Of a stretch of DNA of 64,000 bases, positions 22,026 to 39,900 are shown piece after piece. A program made the translations under genes and the position numbers. Location of the stretch: the NCBI GenBank assembly GCA_002189035.1, contig NEEC01000012.1, forward strand, positions 2,108,001 to 2,172,000. The letters are read 5' to 3'. The notes under the pieces were generated by a model. It worked only from the letters and a program-made list of their open reading frames with translations. It made no database searches and was not told where the DNA came from. How positions within the stretch are numbered: position 1 is the stretch's first letter; the number at the start of each line of letters is the position of its first letter. This DNA comes from Utricularia gibba (Eukaryota > Plantae > Magnoliophyta).

Positions 22026-23637
22026 ATGGAGTTTCCAATTGTTTTCGTCTACTCCATCGCTGCTCTGCCCTTGCTTTATCTCGTGTTCAGATACTTCCAC
22101 CGGAAAAGCGGTCGGAATTGTTACATACTTGACTACGAATGTCACAAACCGACGCCGGACAGGAAAGTGAGCTCCAAATTCTCGGGGGAAGTGATCCGCC
22201 GGAATAAACATCTCGGCATATACGAGTACAAATTCCTGTTGAAAGCTATCGTTAGCTCCGGCATCGGCGAAGAGACGTACTCGCCGCGGATGATGTTCGA
22301 GGGACGGGAGGCATCGGCGGAACTCGCCGACGCCTTATGGGAGATGGACGAGTTCTTCCTGGACAGTATCGGGAAACTTTTAGACCGTACCGGGATCCCG
22401 GCGGCGGAAATCGATGTCTTGGTTGTTAACATCTCAATGCTGGCGGTGATGCCATCGTTATCGTCGAGGATAATCAATTTCTACAAACTGAGACACGATG
22501 TGAAGGTGTATAATCTCACCGCAATGGGATGCAGTGCGAGCTTGATCTCGATTAACCTCGTGGAGAGCATTTTCAAGAATTTGGAAAACGTGAATGCTCT
22601 GGTCGTGGCCTCTGAATCCCTATCCCTGGGATGGTACTCCGGCTGCGACAGATCCATGCTTCTGTGTAACTGCCTTTTCCGATCCGGCGGATGCGCGATT
22701 CTTCTGACGAACAAACCGTCTCTCAAATCGAAAGCGATGTTCAAATTGAGAAACCTTGTCAGAACTCACCACGGCGCCAGAGACGAATCCTACAATTGCT
22801 GCGTGCAACGCGAAGACGATAAAGGAATCATCGGAATTAATCTCGGAAAAGATCTTCCCAAGGCGGCGACCAGAGCTTTCATCCACAATCTCAAAGAAAT
22901 GGCCCCAAAATCCTTCCCATCTCCGAACTAGTCCGTTTCATCCTCCTCCGATTACTCCACAAACGCAACAGCTGCGCCCCCAAACCCAAAATCAACTTCA
23001 AAACCGGAGTCGACCACTTCTGCCTCCATACTGGAGGAAAAGCCGTCATCGACGCCGTCGCCGAGAACCTATCCTTGACGGAATCCGACGTCGAACCCGC
23101 TCGAATGACGCTTCACAGGTTCGACAACATTCGGATCCCATTTACAAGTGCTTATACTTCTATTTGTCGGTAAACCGGTTTGCAAAATAAAAAAAAAAAA
23201 CCGCGAGATGATCATTTCATGGGTTCACCGCCGGCAACTCACTCGTCGGAAGTTACTTGGATTACAGGTTCGGGAACACATCCGCCAGTAGCCTGTGGTA
23301 CGTCCTCTCCTACATGCAAGCCAAAAAGAGGCTGAAAAAAGGGGACACGGTGCTGATGATCAGCTTCGGAGCTGGGTTCAAGTGCAACAGCTGTGTCTGG
23401 GAGGTGGTTCGGGATCTGGATGGGGAGAACACCGTCTGGAAAGAGTTCATAGACGAGTACCCGAAGCATGACCTGGGTGTCAACAACGCCTTCATTAGGA
23501 AATATGGGTGGATCAAGGATGAGGATCCGGATAGCTTCTGGGTGCCGGATGACATTGAGATCCCTGAGGATGACCAAGAAATCCCTGCGATCGTGGAGCA
23601 CATCAAATCCTTGAGATCCAAAGCAAATCACCTGTAA
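22026..23637 (+). CDS. KCS: KCS copy 2 (exons 22026-23118, 23268-23637); apparent -1 frameshift at C-run 22903-22906
   Basis: Same structure and catalytic C/H/N motifs as copy 1. C4 here versus C5 in copy 1 (8766-8770). No other lesion seen. Confidence 0.8.
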
Positions 23638-23889
23638 GGTTTGTATGCTGACCTATGTAATTGTATATGTTGATTGTGGTTGGGCATTGGATGCTGTTGT
23701 TGGGCTGGAACAAACTCTCTGCATTTGAAAAGAAGTACGAATGAATTTGCAAGGATGATGAGAAAAAGCTTAGAAAAAGCACCACTTGTCGTAGCCTACA
23801 CAGTAGGCACACAATGGCGGTAGCAGTAACACAGAAGTGGGAGGCCAAGATCTCGCATTTAGAATCTACTGGAAGCATTACGAGCCAGG

Positions 23890-25350
<1,461 letters not shown>

Positions 25351-25636
25351 CTTCACCATTTCCGAAAAATGAAGCTTCTTCTTGGAGATCGAAAGCAGAA
25401 TTAATTTGCTTTAGAAACCTTTGTCGTGATACTCTTCTTCAAAGCTTCGAAATTTTGTTGGCTTTTTTGTACATCATCAGCCTAGAACACTCAGGCCCAA
25501 TAGCATGTTTGTTTGAGCTTGCGCATCAACTTAAATATATTTTATTTTGAAAATATTAAAACAAATGTAAGAATTAATTTTATAATCGAATATAAGTATA
25601 TTTAATTATATTATAATTAAATATATCTATATACAG

Positions 25637-25654
25637 ATATATATATATATATAT
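25637..25654. repeat. (AT)9 microsatellite
   Basis: Direct read of sequence. Confidence 0.9.
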
Positions 25655-26045
25655 TCAATTTATATAATATTTGATGTTTTAAAATAAAGATCTATGTGAT
25701 GGTTATAGATATAATTCATCACAATTTAATTTATATATATTATTCACATATCTAAAAAATAAATATAAATAAAATAATTATAATACCTATATATACTAAT
25801 TAATCAAACAGAGATTTATGTATAAAGTTGAATATGTTATACTATTATGCATACTCTAATAATTATATTGAGAGCTAATATATGTATACAAATAAGTTTT
25901 TTTTTATAAAAAAGAATGTGGCTAGTCGAAAAATGGAATTTTTCATGTTCAAATTTTCATTTTTGTTTTGCTGATAAAAAAAAATCGGAGTGTCAGATTC
26001 TAATCAAGTTTTTCAGAGATTTATTGGTCGATAATGGATTCATAG

Positions 26046-28918
<2,873 letters not shown>

Positions 28919-30364
28919 TGTGTTGGGGCTTTCGGTTTCCCAGTTGAACCTACATTCCACACTAGTGAACTTGCTCTGGCTTTGTATCTTCTCTAAGTGT
29001 TCAGAGAAACTCAAGTGCTGAATAAATCCTCCGCAGTACCCCTACGTTCAGTTCAAAAAATTCAGCTCTCAAACTGTGATTGTTAGATTCCATGCAAGCA
29101 GAGGAGCTTGAGCACAAAAAACATGCTTCACTTGCCGATGGAGCGGAATGGGAAAGTGCGAGCTCATTCCTCTTGTTATCAATCGACTCATTTCTCCAAG
29201 AGGTTTGAAGAACTCACCCGTTGGCTGAAATGCAGTAGTTTTGGGAGCTGAGCTCTCGCCACCAGCTTTCACGGGAGGGAGGTGCAATGCTCATTTCATG
29301 ATAAGATGATTCCTGTTTGGCTGAATAATCTCATCAGAACAAGTTCATGCTGTTGGTGAATAAGACAAGGAGAAAAACCGCACAGGTTTTGCAGTTGCTC
29401 TCAATCGCCAAATCTATTGGAACTTCAACTCCCATACAACTCATGATCCTAAAGCAACCAGCAAATAGAAAGTCTAAAGAAAGGCAAGAGTTCCATGAGA
29501 TTTTCATAAACTTCTCTTCAACTTCCCTCCGACATATAAAAAATGCCGATCAATCAATAACCCAGATTGAAAATGCAGGTTTTTTCTTTATCGAAAATCA
29601 AGCAAAACACGGAATCCCGTAACGCGAATTAGTTCAAAATTGTAGGGGCGAAAGCGATGGGTGAGAATTCGAGGAGTACATGTATAATTGCAGCGCTGCT
29701 GGACCTCTTGGATGGCATTCTGGGCGGCGAGCATGGAGGAGGAGGAGCCATTCCCTATTCCATTTCAATCAGAAAATTACCAAATGATAAAAACAATATG
29801 CCGGACTACAGAGCGCAGATGCCGCTGTTTCCTGCTTCAGTGAACCGGGTATATATCAATGGATAGGTGTAGCTGATTTTTATTTTAATTTTTTACATCT
29901 TGCTTCCTCCGCCTCCAGTCTGCATCTCCATTCTCCACCATCTGCTTGAAAGGCTGAATCTTCCCTGGTTTACGATCGGTATCTAGGTACTTTCCTTTTT
30001 TCTAGTCTTTTCCCTGTTCACAAAGATATGCTTTTGATATTTCTTGTATCATATTTCATCATAACACTACCACCAAGTAAGTATTTTTATTTAGAAGGAA
30101 CTCCAAGGAAGAAAACCGAGGTTTTTGTTGTTGAAACTATCAATGTTTACACTGTTTCGTCTGCTTAGGACTTGAAAGCAAGCAACTTTGGGGTTTGTTT
30201 TTACATGATTTTTTGGAGATCGACCTTTAACTTCTCCCACAGCTAAAAAGATCAGCTTTTGAATTGTTGATGAAGGTTAGAAGAAGGGGTGGGACATAAT
30301 CAGAACTACGTTTTGATATTTTATATGTCAATTTTTTTCTCCTTCGCCTTTTCAGCCCCATGCT

Positions 30365-32370
30365 ATGTGCATCGCCCACACCCATAGCCTTCTCTCTCTA
30401 AGAAGTTCCCTCCATTCTATTCGAAGCCTCTGCATTGCCTCCAAGAGCATCCGCTGTTCAGCGAGTAAAGCTTTTAAAATTCGTCTGTTGTGGTTTTCTT
30501 CAATTGTATGATTGCAGTTTTATTTCTGTTGTAGAAATGGAGCCAAAATCATTGACGAAGCTCTTGCTTTGCGGAAAATCAAGTGAGGAAAGAGAAGTGG
30601 CTCGATTCATGAAGACCAGCAACTCATTCAAACTCTCAGATGGTTCTGCAATTGACTTTGTTCTGTATCAGGAGAACGAAAACCAAGAAAACATTGATAG
30701 TGACGATGCTTTTGTGATAAAATTGTACATGGATCGTTTATCATCATCTGTTTTTGGAAAGTTTCTCCTTTATGCTCCCAAGTTACCTTCCACACAGGAT
30801 GTTGTTTCAAAGTAGGATTTTTTTTCTCAAACATTCATTATTTCTCAAGATGAAGTTTGCTAGATACATAATACTATTGCTTGAGTCTGATCATTTCTTG
30901 CTCTTCTGATATTTTTATTTGGGTAGTAATTTTGATGGGTTGCCCGTCGGTGCTGTTTGTGTTACTGACGTGCAGTTTAATGGAAGAGGTATTAGAATAA
31001 GCATATTTTTCTTCTGGATTGCTATGTTTCTTTCAGTTATTTCACCTTGTCCATATCTTGGTGTTTCAAGGTCGGACAGGAAATGCTTGGGAATCTCCAA
31101 AGGGATGCCTTATGTTTTCCTTCACAATGCAGATGGAGGATGGCCGAGCCGTCCCCTTTGTTCAGTACGTAGTTAGTTTAGCTATGACCGAGGCACTTAA
31201 TGATCTTTGTCAAGAAAAAGTAGGTCTTGCAATGGCATTCATATGTGAAACTTGACTATTTTTGAAACTCATATTTGATCCTCTGCACGATATTTCAGGG
31301 GGCGGCCCCCTTAATGTTAGAATAAAGTGGCCAAACGATCTTTACCTTGATGGCTTGAAAGTTGGTGGGATTCTGTGCACATCTACATACAGGTCTAAGA
31401 AGTTCAACGTTAGTGTTGGTAAGGGATGAAGACATGTCTCAGTTGTCTGAGCAATGCTTGCTTCTAAGCTTTGGGATGTTTCTTCTTGTTTATGGCACCA
31501 ACCTAGGAATTGGCTTGAATGTGGATAATCAAATGCCCACGGTATGCTTAAATGGTTCTCTGGAACGGGCTGGTGCTACTTGCAGATTACGACGTGAAGA
31601 TATCATGGCTGCTTTTTTCAACAAATTTGGACAGTTGCATGATGTATTCATAAATCAAGGTGATGTTTTCCTTCACTAAGCCGGGCATGCCCGTTCCTTT
31701 GCGATAAGACTCTCCTCAAAGTTAGTTGTTCTTGACAGCAGGTTTTCAGGCACTGGAAACTCTGTACTGTGGGACTTGGCTACACAGGTGAGAAATTTGT
31801 TTTGTTTTGTAGTAAGAATACTCTCCTGAAGGACCACATGTTGTAATGTCAAGAAAAGATTCGTTGGTTTAGCAATGAAGAGTGTGATATCTGGTCACGT
31901 ACAACTCTGTGGTTTAGACAAGTTTCATCACCGTTATGCAGTGGACAACGAGTTATCATAGAGGAGAAGGATGAGAATCTGGGAGAAATTTCTCATAATG
32001 TGGTCACAATCCAAGTAAATGACTGCAACCAAAACTGCCTCTTGGTTCTTCCCTGGAGGTGTTAATGATGAAAGGCCTTTTGTGTGCTTACAGGGATTGA
32101 CTGCATCAGGTTTTCTCTTGGCTGTTGGTGAAGATGGTCAGGCGTTTGAACTTCACCCTGATGGAAACAGGTACTTGCAAGTGCTGCTGATCTCCCAGTG
32201 ACTCAAATCTTAGCATCGTTATGTAATTCCTTAACACATGGTGATGAAACAATTCGACAGGAGAGACATAGAGAACTACTCTCTGCTAATGCTGATGAAT
32301 AAGTGCTGCTTTATGTGATTTCAGGTTTGATTTCTTCCAAGGACTGATCAGAAGAAAGGTTCCCTTGTAA
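30365..32370 (+). CDS. HCS: Holocarboxylase synthetase / biotin-protein ligase with N-terminal transit peptide; second in-frame ATG at 30538
   Basis: LPSTQD, GRTGNAWESPKG (GRGR-type biotin loop), IKWPNDLY, KVGGILCTS, GIGLNV, ELHPDGN, FDFFQGLIRRK. Needs +1 nt at 31299-31310, or use of an alternative donor at 31223. Confidence 0.88.
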
Positions 32371-32724
32371 CACGGTGGATGCTGCGAGATTCAGCCTTGT
32401 GGATTATTTGGGCACACTGCTAGCAAGAAGAAGTTGGTGAAAGGACAAGCATTTTATAACTGTCATCTCCTTGTCGAAATTTTTATCTTGATCAACAACA
32501 TGATGTTTGAATCTTTCATACAGTTGGTAGGAAATCTCTGAACTGCAGCAGCATGTATAAGTTCAAAAGTTACAGTGCGATCTTCTTCTAAAGCATGCTG
32601 ATAAACCTTAAATATTGAATTCTTATTCAAGCTGAGGACCAACCTTCGAATGACAGATCACCAGCCCACGTTTGATTTGGGCGAATCCACTGTCTCCAGA
32701 AATCAACCGTGCTCTTAGCCATGT

Positions 32725-33057
32725 TTAAGGAAGACACGATGTCTTCCTTAAAAGGGTGCTTGTTTTGGTTCGTTGAGAAGGGGTGAATGAGAAACCAGGT
32801 ATGATGCTAAGAAATGAGAGCACCTGCAATCTGCTGAAGATTGATTCCAATTCCATCTGTAACAAGAATTCAAAGGGGAGTGCAATTAGCGAGATATAAA
32901 CCTCTGAAACTCCTACTCTCATCAACTTTCTTAATGCTACAACTATGGAACTCCACTCACTGTTGGTGATGATGGCGCTAGTCTGTGGAAGCACCTTGAA
33001 TTCCCCCGCAGTGAATGGTGCTGCCCTCGGAAAGGTTAACAGCAAATTAAGGTCCAT
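32725..33057 (-). other. Orphan 110-aa ORF behind a plausible splice acceptor; coding status unknown
   Basis: Pyrimidine tract then CCTAG|ACG ATG. Leader-like sequence at about 33300-33420. No family recognised. Confidence 0.25.
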
Positions 33058-33814
33058 CGTCTAGGAGGAAGGCAACAGAAATACAGTACAGATACAAGGA
33101 AAGGTTAAAACTTACTGTTTGTAATACATGAGCCGAATTACAAAATCAGAAAACTGTAGTATCATGGAATGAATCCACCGAAATCAAATCACAGTCGATC
33201 AGCAAACCAAGATGCAGCACATCCCAAATCGTCGGAGCTCATGAACTAAGAAACAAAAACCCAGAACACATGAAAATAAAAAACGTGAAGCAGGGAAAGA
33301 GATGAAGCGTGAGCCAGCCAATGAACATTAAACGAAGAACGAGAGAGCAGATTCAGCCTTCCGCAGACGGTGAAAGCTGGAGATTCCGGCGGGAAATACA
33401 AAAACGACGACGAGCTTGCCAGTATAAAACTATTAAATCTTTAATTTTGTCGAAATATTCTAAAAATAGAATATTTTGAGCGGCTTGCAGCTTAGGCTTG
33501 GCTCGAGTCGGTGGCTGGTAAAGAAGTTTGCTGTCGGCTTGATGAAGAAACTGTGGGAAGGTAAAACGAACATCAGCCGTCGATTACCTCCGCATACGAA
33601 TCTTACGGTTAAGGGATCCGTTTGCCGTTGCATTTTGCAGAATAAGCACGCTAATCTACATCCCGAGTCTCCATCTGGGCGTGGGATAGTTAGGTAAAGT
33701 GTACGTCTTGTTGCCTGTAAGGACTGCGAAAGATTTTTTTATTATTTGGGTTCTTGGATCTAGATCTTAGATTCCTGATCTCGTAGTTCGTGGGTGTTCG
33801 TGATTGAGAGCAGA

Positions 33815-36661
33815 ATGGATTTCCTGGGGAATAGGCGTCACGCAGTTGGGTTATGGGTGTGCTTGACGCTGTTTCTCTTCTTCGGCTGTGGTTTCTGCTT
33901 TTACCTTCCTGGGGTTGCTCCTCAAGATTTCGGAAAGGTATTTCCATTGCCGTTGACTGTTCCCATTGAGTTAAATTTTTAGTTATTAGGCGCTGTTATG
34001 TCGAAAATGGTTTACTCGATTTGGCTGCGTGTGATCAGTGAAGGAGTTTTATTTGTTGAAGAGCTTATGGGGATCTTCCATCTCGAGAAATGTTTGATTT
34101 AGTTAATTATGATTAGCTTTCATGTTTTCTTTCGTGAACCCGGGATTCAAGCGCTTTTTTTTTCATTTATAATTTATGTAAACATGTAACTCTGCTGCAA
34201 GATTCCTGCAGCCGTGTTTTGAAAACCAGTTTTCTTTGATAAATGGAATTACCATTTCGTTAGATACAGTGTAGAGCTTCTTTTGTAGTGGATTTGATTA
34301 GCCTGGACTGTGTTGGTTGTTTGTAGTTAGTTCACGGTGTATCAATATAACTAATTACCTTTAGCGTTTTACTTCAGGGTGATGTGATGAAGGTTAAAGT
34401 CAACAAGCTAACATCTGTGAAAACTCAACTTCCATACTCGTACTATACACTTCCTTACTGTAGGCCAGAGAAAATTTTTGACAGTGCGGAGAATCTTGGT
34501 GAAGTTCTTCGTGGAGATCGTATTGAAAACTCTCCATATGTGGTGCGTTCTCTTGTTCCCTTATTCAGCTTTTTTATCAGTTGTTGATCTGATCTCCACT
34601 ATTGTTGGCTCAACAAATGAACCCAATATTCGGTGATTTTGGTTGACCTAGGAAATCAAAATTTGATTCATGTTTCATTGTTGTAGTTTAAGATGCAAGA
34701 ACCACATATATGCAATGTCCTTTGCCGAGTAACACTTGATGCTAAAGGGGCAAAAAGTTTGAAGGAAAAGATTGATGATGAATATCGAGTGAACATGTAA
34801 GTCTTACCCTTGGAGAATTTTTTTATGTTCTTTTTCCGGTGTTGATCTTGTTCGGTTTATTACAGGATTTTGGACAACCTTCCTCTAGTGATATCTTTTA
34901 AAAGAGATGGTATGGACACAATCATTTATGAGAACGGTTTCCCTGTCGGTTTGAAAGGACAGTACGCTGGAGTAAGTATTTCATTTTTGCATGATGCTGG
35001 AAGTTAGTTTTCTTCTTGCTATTTAGATCTTGATTTATTTTATTTGAAATGATTAGAAAGCAGAGAAAAAGTATTTCATATATAATCACTTGAAATTCCT
35101 CATCAAGTATCATAAGCATGAAGAAACTGGTGCTGCAAGAATAGTTGGATTTGAAGTAAAACCATTCAGGTAGTTTTGGTGGCGATGCCTGTTTGTATGA
35201 TTTATTACATCATAACAGCTCTTATTTATTTTTTCTGCTGCTGTTTTTTTTTTTATATAAATTTAGTGTCAAGCATGGGTATGAGGGAAAATGGGATGAG
35301 AAAAAGCGTTTGACAACTTGTGATCCACAAACAAAGCGCACAATAACAACTTCAGATTCACCACAGGAAGTTGAAGATAAGACTGAAATCATCTTTACAT
35401 ATGATTATGAGTTTCAGGTAATATATTCCCCCTCTTTTGATGGGTCAACAAGGCCTTAATACGTTCGAATAGATTTCTGTTTCACATTGATATTGCTGTG
35501 CAGGAAAGTGATGTGAAGTGGGCTTCAAGATGGGATGCATATCTCTTCATGGCTGACGATAAAATACATTGGTTCTCTATTGTGAATTCCTTAATGATTG
35601 TTCTTTTCCTATCGGGAATGGTTGCTATGATCATGTTACGGACTCTCTACCGTGATATCTCTAAGTACAACCAGTTGGAAACCCAAGAAGAAGCTCAAGA
35701 GGAAACTGGCTGGAAATTGATTCATGGTGATGTTTTCAGGCCGCCTGTACACTCAGATTTGCTGTGCGTTTATGTTGGAACAGGAGTTCAGTTCTTTGGA
35801 ATGATACTAGTGACAATGATTTTTGCTGCTCTGGGGTTCTTATCACCAGCTAACCGAGGAGGTTTGATGACAGCTATGCTTTTTCTCTGGGTCGTCATGG
35901 GGATTTCTGCTGGATATACCTCAGGCCGCCTATACAAGATGCTCAAGGGTACAGAATGGAAGAAAGTCACTCTTAAAACAGCTTTTATGTTCCCGGGGAT
36001 CATCTTTGCAGTGTTCTTTGTGTTGAACGCCCTGATTTGGGGTCAAGAGTCTTCAGGTGCTGTGCCTTTTGGCACTATGTTCGTATTAGTGCTCCTGTGG
36101 TTCGGGATTTCAGTTCCACTGGTGTTTCTTGGCAGTTATGTCGGCTTCAGAAAACCAGCTATTGAGCATCCAGTGAAAACAAACAAAATCCCCCGGCAAA
36201 TCCCTGAGCAAGCATGGTACATGAACCCTGTAACGTCTATCTTGATTGGAGGCATTCTCCCATTTGGTGCAGTGTTCATCGAGCTTTTCTTCATCCTTAC
36301 ATCTATTTGGATGAACCAGTTTTACTATCTTTTTGGATTCCTCTTCCTCGTCTTCATCATACTGCTTGTGACATGTGCCGAGATCACTGTTGTGCTATGC
36401 TATTTCCAACTATGCGGTGAGGACTACTTATGGTGGTGGAGATCCTACCTTACATCTGGATCTTCCGCCTTGTACCTTTTTCTCTACGCGACATTCTACT
36501 TCTTTGCAAAGCTCAACATCACAAAAATGGTATCCGGTGTCCTGTACTTCGGGTACACCCTCATCGGTACGTATGCTTTCTTCGTGCTGACTGGTACAAT
36601 CGGCTTCCTAGCATGTTTCGTGTTCACAAGGCTCATTTACAGTTCTGTTAAGATCGACTGA
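33815..36661 (+). CDS. Transmembrane 9 superfamily (EMP70/TM9SF, TMN8-10-like) protein
   Basis: Signal peptide + [62 protein letters not shown]-terminal IYSSVKID. Confidence 0.95.
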
Positions 36662-36904
36662 ATGGTGGGGTTCATTCAGCAACTGCTCCCCATCTGCTTA
36701 TAGAATGTGCTACATAATGCGTAGGATGGATTGCTTGTAGTAGTATCTTGATATACTGTTGAGGCTTTGCATTTCTGTTACATGTTACACATATCAATTG
36801 CAAATTCATATGATGCAAGTTGTGAGGATGAACTGAGTGAGGTTAATACAGAAACCCAGTGCATTGCCAACAAAATACACACTTGTGGATTACATACGAT
36901 TGCA

Positions 36905-39900
36905 TCAATACTCTGCATCGGCTGTGAAATCTGGCTCTGGTGGCTTCTGAAGTTTTACCAGCTCCCTTGCACTCTTGAGATTCCGGTTCCGGTGAACTCC
37001 ACGGAGGGCGTTTGCCGCAAACTTGGATGCAAGGAAAGCAGCTCCGATGCTATAGGAACCTCCACCGATATTGCTACTGGACCAGACAAGTCCTCTCCTT
37101 CCTCCTCCCTCCGCCGCATTGTAAAGAGTTTCCGTTTAACATACCGTCTCCAAGCAGCTTGGATGAAGCATGCTGCCCAAGTTCGCCATTGTTGTGAGTA
37201 AAACCGGAATGTGTGCTGCACCTGTCGACTGTGCAGCCGCCTGAATTGCCCAGCAACAAACTTGAGCTCGTCTGCTGTGAGAGCGAAGGCCTCCACCTCT
37301 GTTGGGGCCTTCACTGTTCGAGTAGAAGATGGGAGGCTTGCACCAGATTTGGGATCTAGAGCCCACGTAAGAAGCTCTTCTCCACAGAAGTCACCTTCCT
37401 TCAGCAGGCTGCGGTTGAAGAAACCACTTCTTCCACCGTCTGTTGTCACACTCTCAAGCCGACCACGTATTAAGAATATCATTTCGTCGACCGGATCACC
37501 TTCCCGGACGAGATAAGTGTTCTCTGTAAACAGGCAAGGCTTGAGCCGTTCACATATAGCATCAAGCAACCGCTCATCCATGTTCTCAAAGAGTGGTACC
37601 TGAAAAACCAGTGAGCACAAGGACTCAACTCAAGTTCCTAAAACAGGACTGTTCACAAGGTTGCCATTACTGTTTCAGAGATGGAAAGGAATACATAACA
37701 TGGCCTGTATCAAACTTCACCACCAAGTTCAGAACAAGAAGAAAAAGTGAGCAAGCGAAGCAGAGCAATTACCCTCTTGACCAGAGCCAAACAGAGATGG
37801 CGCTTTATGTCTCTCCGTAGATCCTTAGGCAGACTCTGGACTATGCTTTGCTCGTCAACTCCACGCGTTTCTAACCACTTATACTGGTCATAGCGCCTAA
37901 CACGGTCCCTAAGTTCTGAAGGAAGTAAGCGATGGTGCATCCATTGCTCAGAGTCACGCCTCTTAACTCTCATCTCTTCAAGTCGAATTGTTAACGACTG
38001 AAGGTAAGTCTGTAGCATCAGTAATAAAGAGCAAGTTACTTAGCAAGGCCATGCTCATCAAGGATATCCCCTCCTCAAAAGAAGAAATAAAATAAAATAA
38101 TCACATTCAGAAATGAATGAGGTGACAATAGGTCTCATTCATCATTTTAGGTTGGGAGATGAGGCTGTGCAGCTGGCAGAGCCACCACGTCGATCATTAG
38201 TCTTGTTGGAGTTTTACGATAGTTTATAGTTATCTATCTATCTGGTGTATTTAGAGACACAAACAATGGCTAACTTTCTAGAAAAGTTATGTCGATTGTT
38301 TCTATACTACATAGATTACTTCTCAGTTACCTGCATATTTCCAATCAAGAGAGCAAACAGAATAAGACCAACGATTGCGAGTGCAATGCTGAACAGAGTC
38401 TCTCCGACAAAAGTGCTGGTCTGAAGTCCTTGCCCAAGAGTACTGGAGGGGAAAAGGGTTCAAGGAACGTCTTAACTTTCAAGAGGTTAGTGGAATGGTC
38501 ATACAGCACTCGAATATAGTGAGATGGGAGTGAAGGGAAGAACGATGGTGAAAGAAATCAATGCTGATAGAGTACCTTAGATTCTGAAGCCCCCACCAAA
38601 GGCAATAACAGTACTTGGACAAAAAGATTCTGGATGAAACTACGCCAGATGACAATGCCTGTTTGAAGATGCCAAAATTAAATGGCAGGTTATCATCGCC
38701 ATTCACAGGACAAGCTGAAGATATAACAGAATCGCTAATGTTGCTCCAGATATTGTAGCCATCTATATTTTGATTTCCGCAATATAAGAAGTCTGTGCGG
38801 CAGCTTTGATTGCGTTCACAAGCTTTCTGCCAACAATAGTCATTACGCTCCACGGATAACAAGTACCAAAATGCTCCAACTATCTGCACAACACAGCAGA
38901 GATACAGTGTGACTTACGGACAGAACGAATGCAAAAAAAAAAAAAAAAAGGAATCTTAGCGAATTAAAAGTCCTACCAAGAAACTCATACTTGATGGCCT
39001 TTGGATTTGTGTTTTAAGATTTCACAATCATTTTAAAAATATATCTACATTGTGCAATCGCTTTTAAAATTTCTAAATATTTTGCAATCATTTGAAAAAA
39101 AACTTGGAAATAGTTTCAAGTGAGAAAATGAATTCAGAGGAGCGAAGATGAACAATGTACACCTGCAGAACAAGCTAAAAAGAAATGGCCAGAGAAAGCG
39201 AAGCTTACATGACTGGCAAGCATATATAGCAGCAGATAAGACACAGCACCAGCCCATGCGGTTTCAGCAAAAACACCAGAAGTTCTCTTCAGTTCTGATG
39301 AAAGTGGAAATATTCGTGCAAATCTTGGAACATATTGGACCAAAATTATAATCAATAATGCTCGTTTGGTAGCCAGAACATCTGAGCCTCTCGATTCCCT
39401 CAAAAACTTCCAAACAACCATCTGCATGAACAAAAGGTGTCAAACAATGCAGTTGAAAGTTATCAGAGGTTTTTATAAACTTAAGTGATGAATACTAAAC
39501 TGCAAATAAAATTAATTGCCCGAAAAAATGCATAGGAACATAGTAAATATTAAAAGAAGTTCATGTAAGAAAGCACTCATCCCATAGGCAGAAGAGTGAT
39601 GTAACTTGAAAAGGTTTCTCAAACCTGTGGAAGGGGAAGCACCGAGAGGAAATCAATGATGAAATAATATTTCAAGTATCGTTTAGCAATCCGTTTAGGA
39701 TCTATGACGAGTTCCCCTCGACCAAACACCCGAGAAGATGGGGCAATGTAAGCAGTTCGAAACTGGAGGACCATGTGAATAAGGTAAAATGCATCAATAG
39801 CTGTACGGAGGGTTGTGGCTGTGATTGCCAACTTTCTATCAATATCCAGGCAGTGTGATGACTGATCAAAGACAGGAAGATAGAAAAAGAGGGGATCAAC

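Noticed and set aside
29290-29340. CUGAUGA...GAAA on the minus strand as a hammerhead ribozyme or C/D snoRNA
   Set aside because: GAAA does not directly follow a closed stem II, and no matching D box with a terminal stem was found.
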